Shown: positions 36,247-45,899 of the stretch, one piece after another
Position numbering within the stretch: the stretch's first letter is position 1
Layout: each line of letters opens with the position of its first letter
Assembly (NCBI GenBank): GCA_050250895.1
Contig: JBFWNU010000003.1
Span: 427,302 to 491,301 of the forward strand
Source of the DNA: Vulcanimicrobiota bacterium
Lineage (GTDB): Bacteria > Vulcanimicrobiota > Xenobia > Xenobiales > JADMJV01
DNA length: 64,000 nucleotides
Direction: 5' to 3'
Notes under the pieces: generated by a model
What the model saw: only the letters and a program-made list of their open reading frames with translations
Told to the model about the DNA's origin: nothing
Databases searched by the model: none
Translations under genes and position numbers: made by a program

Positions 36247-37407
36247 ATGGAACCGAAGGCCGGCCACCTTTTTTTTGCGCCCCATCGCGCTTTCATCGGT
36301 ACCTCTTTATGCCTGGCCGCTGGGGCCGGCACGCCTCTCGGGTTGTGGATGGCTCTGGTTTGGGCTGGGTGGGCCACGACCGACCGCTTCTCGTCGCTTT
36401 TGGCAGCTCACGGCCAACTTCAGGTTTATGGGTTTGTGTGCCTCTACACTATGGGAGTGGCCATGATGGTTCTGCCAGGCACACTCAAGGCGACCCTTCA
36501 ACCTCGATGGCTTGCGTTTGCCAGCCTGGTTCTGATGCTCACCGGCATTGCCGCGAATTCAGCCTCGCCCAACCTTCTGGGCGCCGCGCTCGAGTCCGGG
36601 TCGGTAATCGCCTATCTTTTCGTGCTCGGTCGAACTCGTCGGTCGGCCAAATCCACCGCCAGCACCGATACTTTGTCCCGCCAGCATGCCTTCTTCCTGG
36701 CCACGGGCTCGCTCTGGCTGTTGGCCTGCCCCTGGTTGGCTCTGCTGGATTCGACTCGAGCTCTTGAGACCGTGTTGTGGGGATTCGCGGGCCTTCACAT
36801 CGCCGGCATCGGCCTGAGGATCCACCCGTCTCTGCTAGGGATCAAAGGCATTCAAAAACAGTGGTTACTTCCATCCGCCGTCTGCTGGAATGTCGGCCTC
36901 CTGCTCTTCTGGCTGGGGCCTGAGGGCTTGTGGTCGTGGTTCTTGGCGCTGGGGGTCGGATGCTTTCTATGGGCCCTTCGCCCTTTTCGCCGACCGCGCA
37001 TCGGGCCTGGTGGTGGGGCCTGGGTGCGTTACTACATCCAAACTTCGTATCTCGGCCTCTTCCTGGCTGTCTGTTTCACTTGCGCCACCGCCAGTGGGTA
37101 TCCCACCCTGGCCGGAGCGGCACGCCATCTGCTGGCCACCGGGTTCGTGATCATGATGATGGTAGGGATGGGTCTGAGAATGATACCTGCCTACGAGACG
37201 CGACGCTTGCCTTGGCGCTCGGGGCCCTGGGCAATCTATTTTATCCTCGTCCTGGGGACGGCCGTCCGCGTGACCACCCAGGCCTTTTATTCCTTCACCT
37301 GGCTGGCCGTTGGGGCGGTCCTTCAGACGGTGGCCATCGTGCTCTTCGCCTGCCTGACCTTGGGAATGTATGCTTTTGGACAAACCGTGGTTTGCGAACA
37401 GGGTTGA
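36247..37407 (+). CDS. NnrS-like multi-pass membrane protein
   Basis: AHGQLQVYGF and RHLLATGF His motifs; many TM helices; own DNR box. Confidence 0.7.
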   Translation: MEPKAGHLFFAPHRAFIGTSLCLAAGAGTPLGLWMALVWAGWATTDRFSSLLAAHGQLQVYGFVCLYTMGVAMMVLPGTLKATLQPRWLAFASLVLMLTGIAANSASPNLLGAALESGSVIAYLFVLGRTRRSAKSTASTDTLSRQHAFFLATGSLWLLACPWLALLDSTRALETVLWGFAGLHIAGIGLRIHPSLLGIKGIQKQWLLPSAVCWNVGLLLFWLGPEGLWSWFLALGVGCFLWALRPFRRPRIGPGGGAWVRYYIQTSYLGLFLAVCFTCATASGYPTLAGAARHLLATGFVIMMMVGMGLRMIPAYETRRLPWRSGPWAIYFILVLGTAVRVTTQAFYSFTWLAVGAVLQTVAIVLFACLTLGMYAFGQTVVCEQG

Positions 37408-37417
37408 TTTATGTCAA
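37404..37417 (+). promoter_or_regulatory. FNR/DNR box
   Basis: TTGATTTATGTCAA; -10 TAGAAT at 37440-37445. Confidence 0.82.
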
Positions 37418-37496
37418 TGGGATCTCATCAGCAAGGCTCTAGAATCTGCCAGGAACCCGGGCCGAGCCTACAAAAGCAGGCTGAGAGGAGGCCGTG

Positions 37497-40064
37497 ATGG
37501 TCAAAAGATGGCTGTGTCTTTGTCTTGTACTTTGGACGACTGGCGCCGGGGCGGCCCCACTCTTTCCCGACGTTTCCGACGCCCATTGGGCCAGCGACGC
37601 GGTTGCCGCCCTGGCCTCCAAAGGTCTGGTGGAGGGCTATCCCGATGGCACCTTCAAGGGCGACCGGGCGGCCTCGCGCTGGGAGGTGGCCATGGTGGTT
37701 GCTCGTCTGCTCGCCAAGATGGAGCAGCAACATCAGACCTTCGCCAGCAAAGCCGAACTCGATCAGATCCGCCAACTGGCCCTGGCCTTGCGCGAAGAAC
37801 TCGACGCTCTCGGGGTGCGGGTGACCAATCTAGAGGAGAAGGTGGGCCGGCTCGATCGGCGGGTGAGCGAACTCGAGCGCATCACCTTCTATGGTTCGGT
37901 GGATGCGCGCTATGTCGGTCAAACCTTCAGCAACGCGGGCATCGGCGACAACGACGACCTGCGCAATGGAGGCGGCAACGCCTCGAACGTGCCCTTTCTC
38001 AACTATCACACCGTGGTGGGAACGGGGCTGGCGGCCACCCGCCGACCTCAGCTGCAGGGTCTGATTCCGGTGGTGGACTTCAAGCAGGGCAAAGCCCTGA
38101 CGAACGGCAGCAGCTTTACCATGCGGACCACCCTCGGCCTCAACCTCAGGGTCAGCGACGACCTCGACGCCGGCGCTGAATTCTCGGCCTTTGCCAGCCA
38201 GGGCGACACTTTCGTGGATGCCTACTGGGGCGTGTCGGCTCCCTGGCTTTCCAACCTGTTCACCGCCAACGCAACCGCCGGGGCCGGCACCCAACCCCTC
38301 AACCACGTACCCTACACCCGGATGAACCTGGACAAGTTCTGGGTTTATCACAAACCTTCCAAGACCCGACTTACCCTGGGAGAGATCGTGAAGTCTCGGA
38401 TGGACGCTCTGGTCTATGCCGGACAACCGAACCTGGGCGTCTACGGCCCCCGGCGCTGGGCCGGATATGGCTTCGACCTGCAAGGGCAGATCGACCTGAC
38501 CGAGCCAGACCGCCTCGAGTGGGAACTGTTGGGGACGCGCTTTGGCAATGGCAACACCTTTCTCGGCACCAACTACGAGAACTATGTGCTGGCCGGCAAT
38601 CTGGCCTATCATTTTCACCAGGACGCCGGCAAGATTCAGCTCAATTACGCTCGAGTGGCGGAAGAAGCGGCCGCCGGCAGCGCTCTGCTGGTGGGTCTGG
38701 GCGGAGCGGGAATGAACGTCGCTTACGGCGCCTCGCCCGGTTGGAGCATCCGCCAGTGGGTCAACCCGCCCGGCTACTTCGCCGGTCAGCGAAGCCTGTT
38801 CGAGCAACTCAATAGCGGGCAACTGGCGGGAGGCGTGCTGGTCCCGAACACGGTGGATCGCCGCCCCATTGCCGGCTGGAACGGGGCCGCCGACAACGCC
38901 ATCGGCCTGGCCAGCGGAGGTGGCAACTTTGGACCTCAATCCCAGGACACCTACGGCCTCACCGGTCGCTACCGCTGGGACTTCGGCGAGGCAGCCGAGG
39001 CGCCCAGCCTCACCGCCTTCGGCGAATGGGGCCACAGCCAGTATCGGCCCAACCGCAACTCACCCTACTCGGCCAGCGGCGATGGTCTGCGGGTGGGAGT
39101 GTCAGCCAATCTGCTGGACGACGCCCTCGAACTGGGACTCGAATACCTGTCCATCGACCCCGACTACAACCCCGCCGCCTGGCCCGGCACAGCTCTCGGG
39201 GCTCGTTTTCCCCGCACCATGAACTTCACCGGGGTCTGGCATCCCCACGACTTCGCCACCTATCCCCACAACCGAGAGGGCGTTCGTCTGGACGGCACCT
39301 GGAGGTTCGACCAGAAACGCGGCTCTCTGTGGGCCAAAGCCTCTTTCCTCGACCAGAAGCAGACCTCGCTCTATGATGTGCGGGTCTTGCCGGGCGGGGC
39401 TGGCAACGGTGCGCCGACCTTCGCGGTGCTCGGCTTCTCGCCAGGCTTCGTCGATCCCATCTTCTATGGCTATGCCCATCCCAATCTCTATGGAGCGGGT
39501 AGCGGCAACTCTTTCACCACCAACCTGCAGCCCCTGGAGGACCCTCGTGGCAGCGAGAACAGCTATTCTCTGGGAGCCTCCTACCACTGGACGGATCCCG
39601 GAGTCCGCTTGAGCGGTTCCTACGGATACAACGATTTCGTTCGGCGCACCTCGCTGTCACCCGGACTGGGGGGTGACCAGAATCACGTCGACATCGACGT
39701 CGATGTTTTCAACCTGGAAGCTCAATGGGACATCGACAAGCAGTGGAAACTCACGGGCGGACTGGATTACACCCGGTCGGCCGGCCATCTCGACCCGGGA
39801 GGCCTGTACCACTCCTACGCCGTGGCCACCAGCAGCAGCACCTTCGACAACCTCGACTCCACCCAGACCTCGCCCTACGTCAGTGTGGACTGGGCTATCA
39901 ACGACAAGAGCGACTGGAACCTCAGCCTGCGGCGCTACGACACCACGGACGGCATCGATCGCCAGGTGCGGGCGGGGACGGCGCTCGACGCCATCGGCGT
40001 GACCACCCATCCCTTCGAATGGGAAGGTTGGCAGGTGAGTTCAGAGTTTAGATTGCGCTTCTGA
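37497..40064 (+). CDS. SLH-domain outer-membrane beta-barrel (OmpM/porin-like)
   Basis: Signal peptide; FPDV..HWA..AV...GLVEGYPDGTFKGD SLH; coiled coil; C-terminal Phe; GAGGAGG RBS. Confidence 0.85.
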   Translation: MVKRWLCLCLVLWTTGAGAAPLFPDVSDAHWASDAVAALASKGLVEGYPDGTFKGDRAASRWEVAMVVARLLAKMEQQHQTFASKAELDQIRQLALALREELDALGVRVTNLEEKVGRLDRRVSELERITFYGSVDARYVGQTFSNAGIGDNDDLRNGGGNASNVPFLNYHTVVGTGLAATRRPQLQGLIPVVDFKQGKALTNGSSFTMRTTLGLNLRVSDDLDAGAEFSAFASQGDTFVDAYWGVSAPWLSNLFTANATAGAGTQPLNHVPYTRMNLDKFWVYHKPSKTRLTLGEIVKSRMDALVYAGQPNLGVYGPRRWAGYGFDLQGQIDLTEPDRLEWELLGTRFGNGNTFLGTNYENYVLAGNLAYHFHQDAGKIQLNYARVAEEAAAGSALLVGLGGAGMNVAYGASPGWSIRQWVNPPGYFAGQRSLFEQLNSGQLAGGVLVPNTVDRRPIAGWNGAADNAIGLASGGGNFGPQSQDTYGLTGRYRWDFGEAAEAPSLTAFGEWGHSQYRPNRNSPYSASGDGLRVGVSANLLDDALELGLEYLSIDPDYNPAAWPGTALGARFPRTMNFTGVWHPHDFATYPHNREGVRLDGTWRFDQKRGSLWAKASFLDQKQTSLYDVRVLPGGAGNGAPTFAVLGFSPGFVDPIFYGYAHPNLYGAGSGNSFTTNLQPLEDPRGSENSYSLGASYHWTDPGVRLSGSYGYNDFVRRTSLSPGLGGDQNHVDIDVDVFNLEAQWDIDKQWKLTGGLDYTRSAGHLDPGGLYHSYAVATSSSTFDNLDSTQTSPYVSVDWAINDKSDWNLSLRRYDTTDGIDRQVRAGTALDAIGVTTHPFEWEGWQVSSEFRLRF

Positions 40065-41608
40065 TGGCTTCTCGTTCTCCGTTGGCCGCCCAGCTCGAGC
40101 GGCTGATGCGACCGCTCGATTGGCTCTTCAATCGGGTCTACACGTCTCGATGGAATCCTCTCTACCAAAGTGGAGCGCTGGCCCTATTTCTGGTCCTGCT
40201 CACCCTGGTGAGTGGGATCTACCTAATCTTTTGTTACAGCATCTCGGCTCCCTATGAATCGGTTTCCTCCATTCATCAGGCCTACCCTGGTGTCTGGATC
40301 CGCTCCCTGCATCGCTATGCCTCGGATCTCGCCGTGGTGGCAATAGTGTTCCACATCCTCAAGATGCTGACCACGGATCGTACTTGGGGACCGCGAATGA
40401 GAGCCTGGATGTCGGGCTGGGTCGTTTTTGGCGCCATGCTCGTCTGTGGCTGGACCGGTTTGGCCCTGATTTGGGATGAACAGGCTCAGCTACTGGTCCT
40501 GGAAGTGGTCCGCCTGCTCGATTGCCTCCCCTTCTTCCCCGAGCCTCTGGCGCGGCTTCTGGTTGGACCCGAGATGCCTCGGGGCTTCTTTTTCAGCCTC
40601 CTCTTTCTTCATGTAGCCGCCCCACTGGGATTGGGCGGTCTCTATCTTCTTCACGTCTCGTCGGTGGCCAGGCCTACTCACCAGCCACCCAGGCCGATTA
40701 GACTCTACACGTTTGCCTTGCTGGCAGTACTGGCTGCGCTCGTACCCGCTCCGCTCGGGCCTGCGGCCGACCTCTCGAAGCTCCCTGGTCGAGTCCCGGT
40801 CGACTTCTTCTACTCCGGCTGGCTGATCGTCAGCCCCTGGTTGACAGGCTGGGCGATGTGGGCGGCTTTGCTGCTGACCGCTCTGTTGGCCTTGAGTGTC
40901 CCCTGGTGGTGGAGACCCACTGGGGAGCCTCCCCAGGCCAGCTGGGTGGATTGGGAGAGCTGCACGGGATGCACTACCTGTTATTTGGATTGTCCTTACG
41001 AGGCGATCTCGATGGTCGAACGGACGGGTCCAACGGCGGATGAGCGTCACTCGAAGTACGTCGCCCTGGTGAACGCGGATGCTTGCGTCAGCTGCGGCAT
41101 CTGTTCTGGCTCGTGCGCCCCGATGGGGGTCGGCCCGCCCGACCGGACGGGTAAAGCCCAATTGCTCCATGTGAAGGGCTGGTTCGACGAGCATCGGCCC
41201 ATTGGCAAACTGGTGGTGGTGGCCTGCACCAAGTCGCCAACCCCTAGCCAGGGGGTTCTCTTCCCGGTTAGCTGTGCTGGGGCTGTCCACACTTCTGTTT
41301 TGGAGTATCTTCTTAAAAGAGGAGCCCTCGGGGTCTATCTACTTAGCTGCCCCCAGCGCGATTGCTGGAACCGTGAAGGTCCTCGTTGGGCCCATGAACG
41401 GATCTACAATCAGCGCGAGGCCGAACTGCAGGCCAGGGTAGATCGGCGGCGCATCGCCACCGGCGCCTTTGCCTTTACCGAGGCGAGACCGGCCCGGGCG
41501 GCCATCGATGCGTTCGCCGCTAGCCTCGCTCCGTTCGAGCGACCGCTCGCGACCGAGGAAGTGGCCATGCCCACGCCAGAATGCGAGGAGAAGCAGATCG
41601 ATGGCTAG
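40064..41608 (+). CDS. Cytochrome b N-terminal + 2x[4Fe-4S] + MvhD/FlpD-like fusion protein
   Basis: Two His pairs 14 residues apart (RSLH..FH, FLH..LH); CTGCTTCYLDCP; CVSCGICSGSC; VAC..SCAG..CPQRDCWNREG. Confidence 0.85.
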   Translation: MASRSPLAAQLERLMRPLDWLFNRVYTSRWNPLYQSGALALFLVLLTLVSGIYLIFCYSISAPYESVSSIHQAYPGVWIRSLHRYASDLAVVAIVFHILKMLTTDRTWGPRMRAWMSGWVVFGAMLVCGWTGLALIWDEQAQLLVLEVVRLLDCLPFFPEPLARLLVGPEMPRGFFFSLLFLHVAAPLGLGGLYLLHVSSVARPTHQPPRPIRLYTFALLAVLAALVPAPLGPAADLSKLPGRVPVDFFYSGWLIVSPWLTGWAMWAALLLTALLALSVPWWWRPTGEPPQASWVDWESCTGCTTCYLDCPYEAISMVERTGPTADERHSKYVALVNADACVSCGICSGSCAPMGVGPPDRTGKAQLLHVKGWFDEHRPIGKLVVVACTKSPTPSQGVLFPVSCAGAVHTSVLEYLLKRGALGVYLLSCPQRDCWNREGPRWAHERIYNQREAELQARVDRRRIATGAFAFTEARPARAAIDAFAASLAPFERPLATEEVAMPTPECEEKQIDG

Positions 41609-42128
41609 GTTGATACTCCGTGGTTTGTTTGGTTTGGTCTGCCTTCTCGGGCTGGCCCAATTGTCTGCCTGCCCTGCGGGCAAGCAGACCGACAGGGGCA
41701 TCTTAAGGCTGAGCTGGCGACTCACGGGCGCCCGGATCGAGAGAATGCTCACGCCAGAGGAGTTAGAGAAGCTTCCCCCACACATGCGGCCCCGTGATGG
41801 CGTGGCCGAAACCACCGAGTTGCCCTATCGGCTCAGCATCGCCATCGATACTCGGCGTGACTCGTTTCGAGTCACGCCCGCAGGCTGGCGGGGCGACCGC
41901 CCGCTCTTCGTGCTACGCGACTACCCGTTGGCTCCCGGTCACCACCAGGTTGTGGTCGAATTCGGGCCAGAAGACACGGAAGTCGAGGCCACCCGCTACA
42001 GCTTCGCTCAGAGCATTGAATCTAGAGCCGGTCAGATCCTTACGGTCAGGCTCTCTCCCGAACAAGATCAGCTAATTCTCACAGCCGCTCCAGAGCCTGA
42101 ACGATCCAAGCGGTCGGCGGATCGGTGA
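41601..42128 (+). CDS. Hypothetical membrane-anchored exported protein
   Basis: ATG 41601 with GAGGAG upstream; LRLSWR and LEKLPPHMR motifs. Confidence 0.65.
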   Translation: MARLILRGLFGLVCLLGLAQLSACPAGKQTDRGILRLSWRLTGARIERMLTPEELEKLPPHMRPRDGVAETTELPYRLSIAIDTRRDSFRVTPAGWRGDRPLFVLRDYPLAPGHHQVVVEFGPEDTEVEATRYSFAQSIESRAGQILTVRLSPEQDQLILTAAPEPERSKRSADR

Positions 42129-42963
42129 AGGAATAGGCCAGCCGCCCCCGAGAGTCCAGCACAAAGATCATGCCTGGATGATTCACGTCGCCGTTTTGGG
42201 GATTGCGGGAGATCGGTAGTTTGTAGGCCTCGATGACCCGAAGGACATCCTCTACGGGTCCTGAGAGAACGTGGTCTTTGGGTCCGAGCCTGAAGGTTTG
42301 CGCTAGTCCGGGCAAGGCACCCGGAGTGTCACGCCAGGGGTCTAAGGTGACCACGACCAGGGCCGGCCGAGACCGGGTGTCTGCCAGGGCGTGATCCAGC
42401 GTTGCCAGCAAACGTGGGCAGACGCTTTGACAGTGGGCAAAGGCGAAGGTCAAGATGACCTTTTGGCCGAGCAGCATCTGGTTGGTCACCGTCTGCCCGT
42501 GTTGGTCCACCAGAACGAACGGGGGGGCTGCCTGGGTTCCACGGGGATAGTCCCGGGGGAGTTCGCTGTCCTCGAGGTTGGCGGAGAAGATTGAGGCGGA
42601 GTCTCTAGTGACGGTCACGACCCGTTGGACACCCCAGAGCAAGAGCCAGGCGGGAAGGATGGTCAGCGCCACCAGGACGCCACGCCCGGGGGCACTGGCC
42701 TTGAGGCGACGGAAATCGGCAATCAGCTCCTGCGGCCACAAGAATACCAGGGCGGTCAGCATCAGCAGAGGGCTGCCGACCAGGGTCAACCAGCCGTAGC
42801 CTTCTGGCAAACCGTTGGGCAGGCTGCCAAAGCAGGTCGACCGCGCCGCCTGAATCCATTCCGGTGTCGTCTCGGGCAAGGGGGCCAGGGCGAACCACCA
42901 CCACCACAGCCCGACGACCAACCAGGCCATCAAGAGGTGGCCTGCTAGCGACAGTCGCCTCAA
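42079..42963 (-). CDS. SCO-family copper chaperone with N-terminal TM region
   Basis: FAHCQSVCP, TLDPWRDTP, VNHPG. Confidence 0.88.
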   Translation of the reverse strand: MRRLSLAGHLLMAWLVVGLWWWWFALAPLPETTPEWIQAARSTCFGSLPNGLPEGYGWLTLVGSPLLMLTALVFLWPQELIADFRRLKASAPGRGVLVALTILPAWLLLWGVQRVVTVTRDSASIFSANLEDSELPRDYPRGTQAAPPFVLVDQHGQTVTNQMLLGQKVILTFAFAHCQSVCPRLLATLDHALADTRSRPALVVVTLDPWRDTPGALPGLAQTFRLGPKDHVLSGPVEDVLRVIEAYKLPISRNPQNGDVNHPGMIFVLDSRGRLAYSFTDPPTAWIVQALERL

Positions 42964-42964
42964 A

Positions 42965-44683
42965 TCAACCCACCTTCCATAACAACGAGAGCAGCTTCCA
43001 GTTGGTGAAGTAGTAAAGTACGAACGCGCCCAAGAATACGAACACCAGCACCATGGTCCCTGGACAGCCCTGATCGTGAACCGCCTGCAACTCGTCCTGG
43101 CTGTAATCGCAGATGCGTTTGGGTGGATTGGCCACCCCCTGGGGCACGCCGGTCAACGCCGGACCGAACTCTTCAGGGCGAATCTTCTTGCCGAAAAAGA
43201 CCGAGATCACGGCCACGACGATAAAGCAGAGGGCACCGGTGGCGGCCAATAAACCGCCGATGCCCAGGCCGGCCAGGAACAGGTCCACGATGGCCGGATA
43301 CTGTAGAGAGAAGTCGGCTTTGGTGAACGAGATATCGTAGTGCCGGCGGGGCACGCCAAAGATGCCGCTAAAGATCATGCTCATTCCCATCATGGAAATG
43401 CCACCGCCAAAGAGGTAGGGTTGGATTTTGGCCAGGGGCCAGAGGGCTACACGCTTGCGGAAGATCAGTGGCAGCAAGTAGTAGGTGACTCCCATGAAGG
43501 CCAGAGCCGTGCCACCGGCCACGGTCACATGGAAGTGGCCAGGAACCCTCAGTGTATTGTGGGCCGTGATGTTGATTTGCTCGGTCCCGAGGGTCACACC
43601 AGTGATGCCTCCTAAGAATCCGAAGATCACCAGGGATAGGAACATCGCCGAGAAGCCAGGATCTCCCCACGGGGCCTTGATGAGCCACTCGAATCTGCCT
43701 TTCACGTAGCCGCGCAAGCGCTGCCCGGCTTCGATACCTGCGGGCACCGTAAAGCCGTGGACCATGCTGGCCAGAACGGCCAGATACATGGCGTAACTGG
43801 TGTTCCACACCTTCCAGGCCGGGCCCATGCCGGGATCCACCAACAGATGGTGGGCGGATGCCATAGAGATGAAAAGGACGTAAAGAAAGAAGGCGCCGCG
43901 GCTGACTTTCTGGTTGAGAACCACTCCTCCGACCGAGAGAGCGGCCAGGAGATACCAAATGGACACATGAGCAGCTACGTTAATCTGTTGTGAAGAATGC
44001 CCCAGGCCCCACCAAACCATGCGATAGATTTGCGGGTCGACCTCCATCAATCCGAGAGACCAGAGGAAGGTCGGGATGTAGATCAAAGCACCATGAAGCA
44101 AAGTGATTACCGCGATCACAGCGGCCGTGAGGGCCCCATAGGTTACCAGGGGGATGGCACCATCTCCATAGGTCTTTTCGCGCTTTGCCACGACCAGGGC
44201 GGCAAAGAAGAGACTCACCACCACCAGAGCGCCCACAGCGAACAGGATGATGCCCAGGTAAAAGGCCGGATGGGCTTTTAAGGGCACATAGGAAGTAAAG
44301 AGTACATCTGCTTTGCCGGCAAAAATGACGCTGTCGGTCATGAGTGCGCCACCAAGCATCAGGGCATAGGACGCCCAGGCCAATCTGGGAGCCGGCACCC
44401 GGCAACCAAGCAATACCGGACCGGCGAAGTAGAGTACGGCCATTTCGAAGAATAGGATGAAAAAGATCAGCATGTTCAGGCCGTGGAGGGTCAGCACCCG
44501 ATAATACCATTCAGCCGACAGCAGGTGGACCGCTTGCCAACGCGTCAGCGCCAGTCCGATTGCGGCGAGCACTCCCACCAGGAAGAAGACCACGGCAGTC
44601 ACGGCGTTGACCTTGATCAGCCACTCGGCATCCCGATGAATTCGGGCCCCGGTGACGGGACAGATGCGAAAAAGCTCGGTCAT
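42965..44683 (-). CDS. Heme-copper oxidoreductase subunit I, eNOR-type nitric oxide reductase
   Basis: Metal-ligand His motifs TLHG, GHSSQQIN, AHH, GHFH; Gln in place of the cross-linked Tyr of the GHPxVY motif. Confidence 0.85.
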   Translation of the reverse strand: MTELFRICPVTGARIHRDAEWLIKVNAVTAVVFFLVGVLAAIGLALTRWQAVHLLSAEWYYRVLTLHGLNMLIFFILFFEMAVLYFAGPVLLGCRVPAPRLAWASYALMLGGALMTDSVIFAGKADVLFTSYVPLKAHPAFYLGIILFAVGALVVVSLFFAALVVAKREKTYGDGAIPLVTYGALTAAVIAVITLLHGALIYIPTFLWSLGLMEVDPQIYRMVWWGLGHSSQQINVAAHVSIWYLLAALSVGGVVLNQKVSRGAFFLYVLFISMASAHHLLVDPGMGPAWKVWNTSYAMYLAVLASMVHGFTVPAGIEAGQRLRGYVKGRFEWLIKAPWGDPGFSAMFLSLVIFGFLGGITGVTLGTEQINITAHNTLRVPGHFHVTVAGGTALAFMGVTYYLLPLIFRKRVALWPLAKIQPYLFGGGISMMGMSMIFSGIFGVPRRHYDISFTKADFSLQYPAIVDLFLAGLGIGGLLAATGALCFIVVAVISVFFGKKIRPEEFGPALTGVPQGVANPPKRICDYSQDELQAVHDQGCPGTMVLVFVFLGAFVLYYFTNWKLLSLLWKVG

Positions 44684-45219
44684 GGCGTGTCCTCCACGAT
44701 GATCTTACCGACCATCTGGTGATGGCCGATTCCGCAATATTCGTTGCATACGATAAAGAACTCACCAGCCTCGTTAGGGGTGATGCGCAGACCATAGTCG
44801 TAGCCAGGCACGACCTGGAAGTTCAGGTTGATGGGCATCAGACTGAAACCGTGGTTGACGTCAGCCGAGGAGAGATGCAGGGTGTAGGTCACCCCTTTCT
44901 CGAGCTTGAGGATAGGTGACCAGCGCCACATTTGACCCAAGAGATAGATGTCCGCGCCCGGCGGTGGGGCCACGATATGATAACCCTTTTCCTTGCCGAT
45001 AGAGTATTCTTTTTCGAATCGGCTGACGCGAGCCCGGAATTCCTTCTTGTCGACCTTACGCCGAATACCAGACGGGTTCTGCCCTCCCTTGAGATGCCAA
45101 AGCGGCATCATTGCAAAGAGGACGAGACACCATATAAAGGCAACCGTTACCCAGAGCTTCTCCTGGGGACCTACCGGCTGCCACCAATTACCCTCAACGG
45201 GAGCAATGGGCGAGTCCAT
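44680..45219 (-). CDS. Heme-copper oxidoreductase subunit II (CuA)
   Basis: DVNHGF and CNEYCGIGHHQM; one TM helix. Confidence 0.92.
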   Translation of the reverse strand: MDSPIAPVEGNWWQPVGPQEKLWVTVAFIWCLVLFAMMPLWHLKGGQNPSGIRRKVDKKEFRARVSRFEKEYSIGKEKGYHIVAPPPGADIYLLGQMWRWSPILKLEKGVTYTLHLSSADVNHGFSLMPINLNFQVVPGYDYGLRITPNEAGEFFIVCNEYCGIGHHQMVGKIIVEDTP

Positions 45220-45231
45220 ATCAGTCTCTTT

Positions 45232-45381
45232 CTAGGGTAGTTCCGCCGGGGGCAGGCTCCACACCTCGATGGCCCCCCAAACGGTGTAGAACAAAAACAT
45301 GACAAAAAGGCCAGCAGCCAGTAAGAAGAATGGGTTATCCATCAAGCGTTGCGCCAACGGGGCTTTCGAATCATCGTTCAT
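45232..45381 (-). CDS. Small single-TM subunit (IIa-like), missing from the ORF track
   Basis: MNDDSKAPLAQRLMDNPFFLLAAGLFVMFLFYTVWGAIEVWSLPPAELP (49 aa); GGGAGG RBS. Confidence 0.8.
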   Translation of the reverse strand: MNDDSKAPLAQRLMDNPFFLLAAGLFVMFLFYTVWGAIEVWSLPPAELP

Positions 45382-45436
45382 GACGAGCCTCCCGACTAGA
45401 TATGTCCCACTCTAGAAGGCTCGCACGATGTCAACA

Positions 45437-45450
45437 TTGATCCATGTCAA
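45437..45450 (-). promoter_or_regulatory. FNR/DNR box of the eNOR operon
   Basis: TTGATCCATGTCAA; -10 TAGAGT at 45414-45409. Confidence 0.82.
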
Positions 45451-45469
45451 CCTGACCGGCGGGCACTGC

Positions 45470-45892
45470 TCACAGATCGAACTGCGCCAAAAGGCGCTCG
45501 AGGGCGGGTCTTAGGCGGCGAAGTTCGTTGCGATGCACCGAGGAGAGCCGGTCCAGGACCGCCAGGCCTCGGGGGGTAATCTCCAACCAGATCTGCCGAG
45601 CGTCCTCGTGGTTGGTCCGCCGAGTCACCAGGCCGTCTCTCTCCATGCGTGTGACCAGTTCGCTGGTGCTTTGCGGTTTACTACAGAGGCTCTTAGCCAG
45701 GCTGCCGATGCTGACCTGTTGACCCAGCGGCGCTCCCCGTATGGCCAACAACGCCTGATGCTGCATAGGGGGAAGCCCTTCACGCCGGGCCGCCTGGCGG
45801 CTAAAATCGGTGAACAACCTCAAAGCTAGCCTGAACTCGGCCAGCGCCTCATAATCCGCCTGACTGACTCGCGCACGACCGTCCCCATCCAT
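45470..45892 (-). CDS. MarR-family transcriptional regulator
   Basis: DYEALAEFR, QHQALLAIRG, ELVTRMERDGLV, DARQIWLEITPRG; true start ATG 45892. Confidence 0.85.
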   Translation of the reverse strand: MDGDGRARVSQADYEALAEFRLALRLFTDFSRQAARREGLPPMQHQALLAIRGAPLGQQVSIGSLAKSLCSKPQSTSELVTRMERDGLVTRRTNHEDARQIWLEITPRGLAVLDRLSSVHRNELRRLRPALERLLAQFDL

Positions 45893-45899
45893 GGCCCTC

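Noticed and set aside
42965-44683. Calling the heme-copper enzyme a ba3/cbb3 oxygen reductase
   Set aside because: The active-site helix is GHSSQQIN with no Tyr, and the nirK/nosZ/DNR context favours NO reduction.
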